Source of the DNA: Nemertoderma westbladi
Lineage: Eukaryota > Animalia > Xenacoelomorpha
Reading direction: 5' to 3'
Assembly: GCA_032718475.1 (NCBI GenBank)
Contig: JAUCBJ010006595.1
Span: 38,927 to 102,926 of the forward strand
Length of the DNA stretch: 64,000 bases
Shown here: positions 58,312-64,000 of the stretch, piece by piece
How positions within the stretch are numbered: the first letter of the stretch is position 1
Layout: every line of letters starts with the position of its first letter
Translations under genes and position numbers: made by a program
The notes under the pieces: model-generated
The model's database searches: none
What the model saw: only the letters and a program-made list of their open reading frames with translations
Told to the model about the DNA's origin: nothing

Positions 58312-59425
58312 TGAAACCACTCATTTACCCATAACACCAATAATACATTATATAATTTTTATTTTTGCTGTCAATCTTTAGCTACAAGCGTTTGAAAAAG
58401 GTGTCTCCCGTGATATTTCGCCAGTTACACTGCAGTTATTCTTGAACCTTAAATTGAAGAACCTTGGCGTGATTCGTTGGTACCAATAGAAAGCTGACCC
58501 TACAAGGATTCCAGAAATGTAAAAACATTTAAATTTGGTTGGGAAATATCATTTCTTGGCTTGTCTTCCTGAGAATGCCTTCCTTCGTGACTCGTGAGGC
58601 GAACACCACAGGTCAGCTGACTGCCGGCATGTCACTGATTGCATGTAACCGTCTAGGTCCAGTTGCTGTTTAGGTTTTTTTTACATAATTTGGTCCTTGC
58701 ATACCTACCGGTAAAGGTTTTTTACTTAACTTGCTTGACAATTAATTAAAAAATAAAATTATTAATTAATAATTATTCTTAATAGAAATCCAAATAGCTT
58801 TTATACGGAATTGGCCTGCATATTTGCCACCCTATGTTTTCGTAATAGCCCGTTAATGCCCACACAATATATTAATTATTACAGTATTAATAAATCGTAG
58901 TATCGAATACATATATTATATTTGCTTGTTTGCTTATTTGCTTATATACTTATTTGCTTCATATTATATTTTTGTTAGTGGTAGCTAAGTTGCATTTTTT
59001 ATTATGTGGGATGATCCACAAACGCACAAAGTCAGCTAGCCTCACGTCCTACAGTTTATACAATTGTTTAGTTTAGGCCTACTTACTAGGCCTACAGCTG
59101 ACTGACATAGTTTTTTTGTAATAGTCTTGGTTAGGATTCTTCCCCCGTGCTCTTTCCAGCCAGCTTGCTGGCTTTCTAGTTTTAACAATTGATTAGCTAC
59201 CGGTACCGTAAAGAACTGCTATTGTACTCTTTTCATCACATTGTTTGTTCTATTTGGAGCAGATCCCACAGATCCCATCGAAATTGATTAATTTAATGTT
59301 TTTTTTTTAAATAGAAAAATTACGAATTTCCCGATTCATAAAAAGTAACCTAGTATTTATTAGTAACCTAGTTTATTAGACATGCTGTTATAAATAGGCC
59401 CACGACATTTCGTAATAATGTTAAG

Positions 59426-59526
59426 GAGCGTCAGACTTCCAACCCGGAGGTCACAAGTTCGATCCCACCGATACGTCATTGCCGAGTTTGCAAAAGCTGT
59501 GCCCAACAAAAGTTATAATAAATAAT
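59426..59526 (+). mobile_element. 5'-truncated copy of the same SINE
   Basis: Near-identical to 58211-58311. Confidence 0.8.
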
Positions 59527-59999
59527 TATTTATTGTGTAGGACAGTGAGAGGTGGTGCAGTTCCCCCCGCTTTAAGTCATTAACTGAAAAGTTACAAATT
59601 CTAAGGAGCTCTCGCACTGTATTATTAATATATAAATTAAATTTAAACTATTTTCAGTGTCCTGTACTACAGTAGGTAGATTATTAAATACAACTAAGAA
59701 AAAATAATACCGGTAAATGGGATTAAATAACATTTTGAATTCTAAAATAGTTATAATTATGAGGGGTTGTGGTCACAAAAATAGTGCATTAATTTTTTAA
59801 TGTATTTTTTTCAGGTTTTGAGAGAAAAAAACAGGTTAGGCCTATATATAATCACAGTGTTTCTAACCCAAACAGTAAACTCTACCCTTTTATTTGCTTC
59901 AACTTTTCCATTTGCGCCCATTTTTCTATTAGTGACCACTTTCCCACCTCACTACTACAGAAAACAGTATTATTAAATTTAATGACCTAAATATATAGA

Positions 60000-61337
60000 T
60001 TAGTTCTTAGCAACTTGTCTCTGATGAGAATACTCAACCGAACTGCCCTGCATATCGCTTATGAGACTAGCCTCCAACTTAGGTAGAACCTTAATAGCCG
60101 AGTCTATAGGTAAAGAAAACAACGTATTCTGATCATCATATTCGTCTATCAGACCCAATTCTTTAAGATGATCCACAGCCCTTGAACAATTGAACGTAAC
60201 AGTGACACCTGTTGTAGCAGCAATCCAATCTTCCACTCTCAACTCTAAGAGACTTCGAGACACATCGGCCTGTAGGTTGTCGATATGTTGTAGGAAATGC
60301 AGGACAATGTAAGTTAGTAGAATCTCCTTAAAGGCTTCATCATTCGCTGTATCCACAATTAGATTAAGAGCATCTTTATTGCTAGCTAGGTTGTTGTAGT
60401 AGAATAGTTTGCTCAGAGCCTTGACGTAGTTAAATCGTCTGTGTCTGTAGGAAGACCACGTAACTACGGAGATGAAAGCCCCTAACGAAGTCAGACCCAA
60501 TAGGAAGGATGGGAGAGCCACATTAGCTAAGTAACAGACCCCGAGAGATAATAATCCGATGGATGCAAGTGAAGAACTCGCGTAGATAACGTATTTATGA
60601 GATGTTCCTAAAGATAAGCGAGTGTTTGGGATTAAAGATTCGAGTTTATCCACGGAAATATCCTTAAATAGCTTGAATGCGAGACTGGAAGTCCCAGAGG
60701 GTCGGGCCGCTATCAGGACAGTTCGGTAGACGTCGGTTGGATTGGGTTTCCGAAACGGAATCACGGTGGTTTCGGGGGCTCGTTTCTCTACGCCTTGGGT
60801 CCACAGACGCAGCGTGTCGTACGCAGATACGTCAACGCACACTCGTATTCCTTCTGGGCTATCGCGTTCCTTTAGATTATCAGATAGTTGACGTCCTGAT
60901 AGTTCCCTAAAGTTCGCTTTCTCTAAAAGGTTACACAGGTTTTGTAGCAACCAGAATTCTCTCTCTTTTCTTTCCGCCGCCGTATATTTACTCCCGAGTA
61001 AAGAATCCGGGTTTAATGGAGTGAACATCTGTTTGAGTTGCTCGCGAACTCCGTAGAACTGATTACCTACGGTGCGCGAGAGGTTGAGTGAGAGTCGTTC
61101 GAACTGGAGTCTATCCGTTCCTGAAGGGACCAGTTTATTATCAGTAACCAGTTGGCGGAACAGCGACTTGGACGATAAGGGAATAGGTTGTATGTTACCT
61201 GGACCGCTGTGGGAACTTCTGACATACCGGTACAGCTTAGGATACCGGTAAGTATTGTTAAGGCTCCGCCGAGCGTGTAATGTTATCGGTAGTAGCGCGA
61301 ATGGACGAGTTTTGTGAATCGCAAGCGATAACAACAT
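60000..61337 (-). CDS. TMEM143: Transmembrane protein 143-like (DUF3754 family)
   Basis: PLNPD, LLEKANF, KLFKDI...LESLIP, two hydrophobic helices, YYNNLASN...DEAFKEILLTY, and a basic N-terminus resembling a mitochondrial presequence. Uninterrupted 445-aa ORF. Confidence 0.8.
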   Translation of the reverse strand: MLLSLAIHKTRPFALLPITLHARRSLNNTYRYPKLYRYVRSSHSGPGNIQPIPLSSKSLFRQLVTDNKLVPSGTDRLQFERLSLNLSRTVGNQFYGVREQLKQMFTPLNPDSLLGSKYTAAERKEREFWLLQNLCNLLEKANFRELSGRQLSDNLKERDSPEGIRVCVDVSAYDTLRLWTQGVEKRAPETTVIPFRKPNPTDVYRTVLIAARPSGTSSLAFKLFKDISVDKLESLIPNTRLSLGTSHKYVIYASSSLASIGLLSLGVCYLANVALPSFLLGLTSLGAFISVVTWSSYRHRRFNYVKALSKLFYYNNLASNKDALNLIVDTANDEAFKEILLTYIVLHFLQHIDNLQADVSRSLLELRVEDWIAATTGVTVTFNCSRAVDHLKELGLIDEYDDQNTLFSLPIDSAIKVLPKLEASLISDMQGSSVEYSHQRQVAKN

Positions 61338-62477
61338 TGCGATGTTTTTACAGCATCAGGTCATCTCAAATTCTACAATCTACACAAAACAGCAAAATAA
61401 AGATACGACTACTCCATACTCTACTACCTGACTGGTGGGCTGGTAATGGGTAAGCACCTAACAGCCTAACCACTCGAACCAGCGAACAATTACAGAATTA
61501 CTGAATTAGCCTATTGCTGTATTGAATACAGAATATCTTCATGATCTTAGAGTACAGGAGTACCGGTACAGCCTGCTGGCCTGACAGAAGTAGTAGTCTG
61601 GTCACTCTGGTGGTAGTAGCACAGTACCCAGTCCAGTAGTAGTACCGGTAGTCTTCTAACTGTAGTACAGTTAGTTCAGTAATTAGGACTTGCAGACTTG
61701 TACCAGTCAGCCAGTGTACAGTAGACAAGTAGCGGTACAGCAGTAGCCAGGTAGACTGTCAGACTGTAGGTATAGCTGAATACTGTAGTACAGTAGTAGG
61801 TAGGGTAGGATCGATAGATAAATTTAATTTCAACTTACCAAAAATAGGTACGGGTATTCATAAACTGAAAATACTAAACTTAGTTCTAGCCTATTAGTTA
61901 GTTTAGCAGTGCCGGTGCCTGTACTAATCTTCTATCTTTCAAAAATCTTTCAGTTTCAACTTTACGACCGGTAGCTAAGCTACCGGTCTAAGCTAAGTCT
62001 AAGCTGCCTGTCTGAATGTTTATTGCTTTACTTTTATCAGAATAGCCCACATTATTAAATCCATTAATTTTATTGAATTGGCCACTAAAACAATTGCAAA
62101 ATAACTAAATTAAAACGTTTTTTTCCACTTTTAAATGTTTTTCACTAAATTTTCGTCATTATACTGTATATACAAAAAGTGGGTGAAAAATAGGATGAAA
62201 ATGAACATGCTGGTTCCTAAAATTTGGTATCGGAAAATAACGGAGGAGTAGTCATTTTATTTAAATTTTTAAAATCTCACGCAGGCCGCTACGGGGCGCA
62301 AAAACATTTTTTTGTTAATTTTTATGTACTTTTGATGATTCTCTTTTCGATGGTAGGCCTAGAGTATATCGTAGTCCAGGCATTATTCAACAACATTGGA
62401 GATGTTTGTTGATCTCACCCTTAAATAAAATATTTTTGGCCACCATCGTGCCAACAACAATTGGCAAGCCCAATTCA

Positions 62478-62685
62478 GCGTGCATTAAGAATTATATGCC
62501 GGCTTATCAACAATGTTGCACCGCCACAACTCCCTATATCCCCCATGACTTTCGCGAGATTATCCGCATCTTCAAGGCCAGTGTCCTTTAGTCTGGTCGT
62601 CGAGGCGAAAGCAATGTCCTGCAAAGTGGGGGAGGCTTTGTTCAAGTGTCAAGCTTGGGGGAACCAATGAGAAACCTCCAATATG
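62478..62685 (-). mobile_element. Diverged 3' fragment of the RTE-like LINE
   Basis: Reverse-complement similarity to ~52825-53020. Confidence 0.75.
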
Positions 62686-63032
62686 TTATGTAGTGTATAT
62701 GGTTGGAGATGTGTGTGTGCATTTGTATTTGACACAGTGAACCCGGTGTAACAAATAATTTTCACTCCCCATGCAAAATCACCCCCCCCCTCCGTTAAAT
62801 TTCCCCAGTGTATTCTTACTCCCGGTGTACAAAAAACGTAAATTTCGTACCGTAATAAATATATAGATACACTATAGAACCCTTCGAGCAGCACATGTGT
62901 TACATGTAATAACTAGACACTGCATGGCCCTTCGCGCATGGGGTAAGAATGGCCTACACCTTGCGGGGTTCTCCGGCTTTAGATCCTAGAGCACCTTAAA
63001 TCCTGAACGAACTTAAATCTTGGGTGAATATA

Positions 63033-63101
63033 GACCTTTCCCATACGAACTTAGATCCTTCCCATACGAATTTAGATCCTTCCCATAGCAACTTAGATCC
63101 C
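63033..63101. repeat. 21-bp tandem repeat, about 3 copies
   Basis: TTAGATCCTTCCCATACGAA repeated. Confidence 0.8.
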
Positions 63102-63147
63102 ACCTAGCATATATTGCTGTACCGTAGCTGTGTTAATGTGAAATGTC

Positions 63148-64000
63148 TGTAAAAGCCTTTGCTGAATTGCCCCGTTATTTTTATTATCTTTTACATTAAA
63201 ATACTCTGTAGTTGATTTAATAAGTGTAAGAGACCGTATTATTGCTGTATCGGTGTTTTTAGAGGATCTAAGACCTATTTCCTCCGTATGTGTACTGTGA
63301 AAGGCATATTTTATGATTCTATGGCAATTCGTGACGCAAAGGGGTGATAGCTACTCTTGAACAGTAGTTACTATGACTACGGTTAACAGCTGACATTCAT
63401 ACGTGTTGATTTCCTTTGTTCTACGGCGTCTCTCAGTTCAGTCAGCCAATTAGAGCGTTTTTGTGGCTCCTTGTACAGAAAATTTCCGAGAAATGACGCA
63501 ATGCCTATGTGCAGTGTTTACATTCAGTCTTGAGCCAAAGAAAGAACGGCTTGGAAGTTTTTTGTGCTTTACTGTTTTTTAGTCGTACACTAGTAGGTTT
63601 AATTATAAAGGGCATATATCCTTTAACTACGGACCTGCATGCCTATGTCTCATTGCTGACATACCGGTACTGACTTGTTGTTTTATACTGCTATTTGCTG
63701 TCAGTTCTTCATAATATGGTTGATGAATAATTATATTTGGAATAACGATAAATAACCCCGCAACCCAATATTCTTGATATACCTAAGGTAAGAGAGAGAG
63801 GTTACCAATAACGATTGTGACTTATGTTAAAGTGGTTTGAAGTGAATCTAATGTTATTTGATAGACCCTACATGAGTCAGCCTGTGTTCCTTTTTATATG
63901 TGACTAAAATCAGTGAAGATTGGCAGATTAGTGTGCAGTATTGTGCAGCATAGTGTATGAGTGAGTCTGTTAAAGAAGCAATTCCTAAAGAATGCGCCAT
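63148..64000 (+). repeat. LTR of the same BEL/Pao family (5' or solo LTR), cut by the window end
   Basis: Starts TGTAAAAGCCTTTG with no purine tract upstream; ~63530-64000 matches ~13345-13808. Confidence 0.9.

Overview
AT-rich eukaryotic (metazoan-like) DNA; no prokaryotic features. Bases 1-39553 are a nested cluster of three copies of one unusually large (~18 kb) BEL/Pao LTR retrotransposon. Copy A is on +, copy B is on + and interrupted at both ends, and copy C is on -. A fourth LTR starts at 63148. Gag-pol is broken in all three copies, but A and C each keep an intact ~1400-aa extra ORF in the env position. That ORF is not an envelope: it has DEDDy/RNase D-type 3'-5' exonuclease motifs, CCHC zinc knuckles and a basic C-terminus. 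It is preceded by a 1.6-kb spacer of hairpins that show compensatory base changes. This ORF3-plus-structured-RNA cassette is the best candidate for an undescribed system. The rest of the window holds three host genes with uninterrupted ORFs (a C2H2 zinc-finger gene, M-Ras, TMEM143-like). It also contains a decayed RTE-like LINE, tRNA-derived SINEs, a hAT-type non-autonomous element, foldback elements and a 63-bp satellite with higher-order structure. All alignments and foldings were done by eye; no searches were run.
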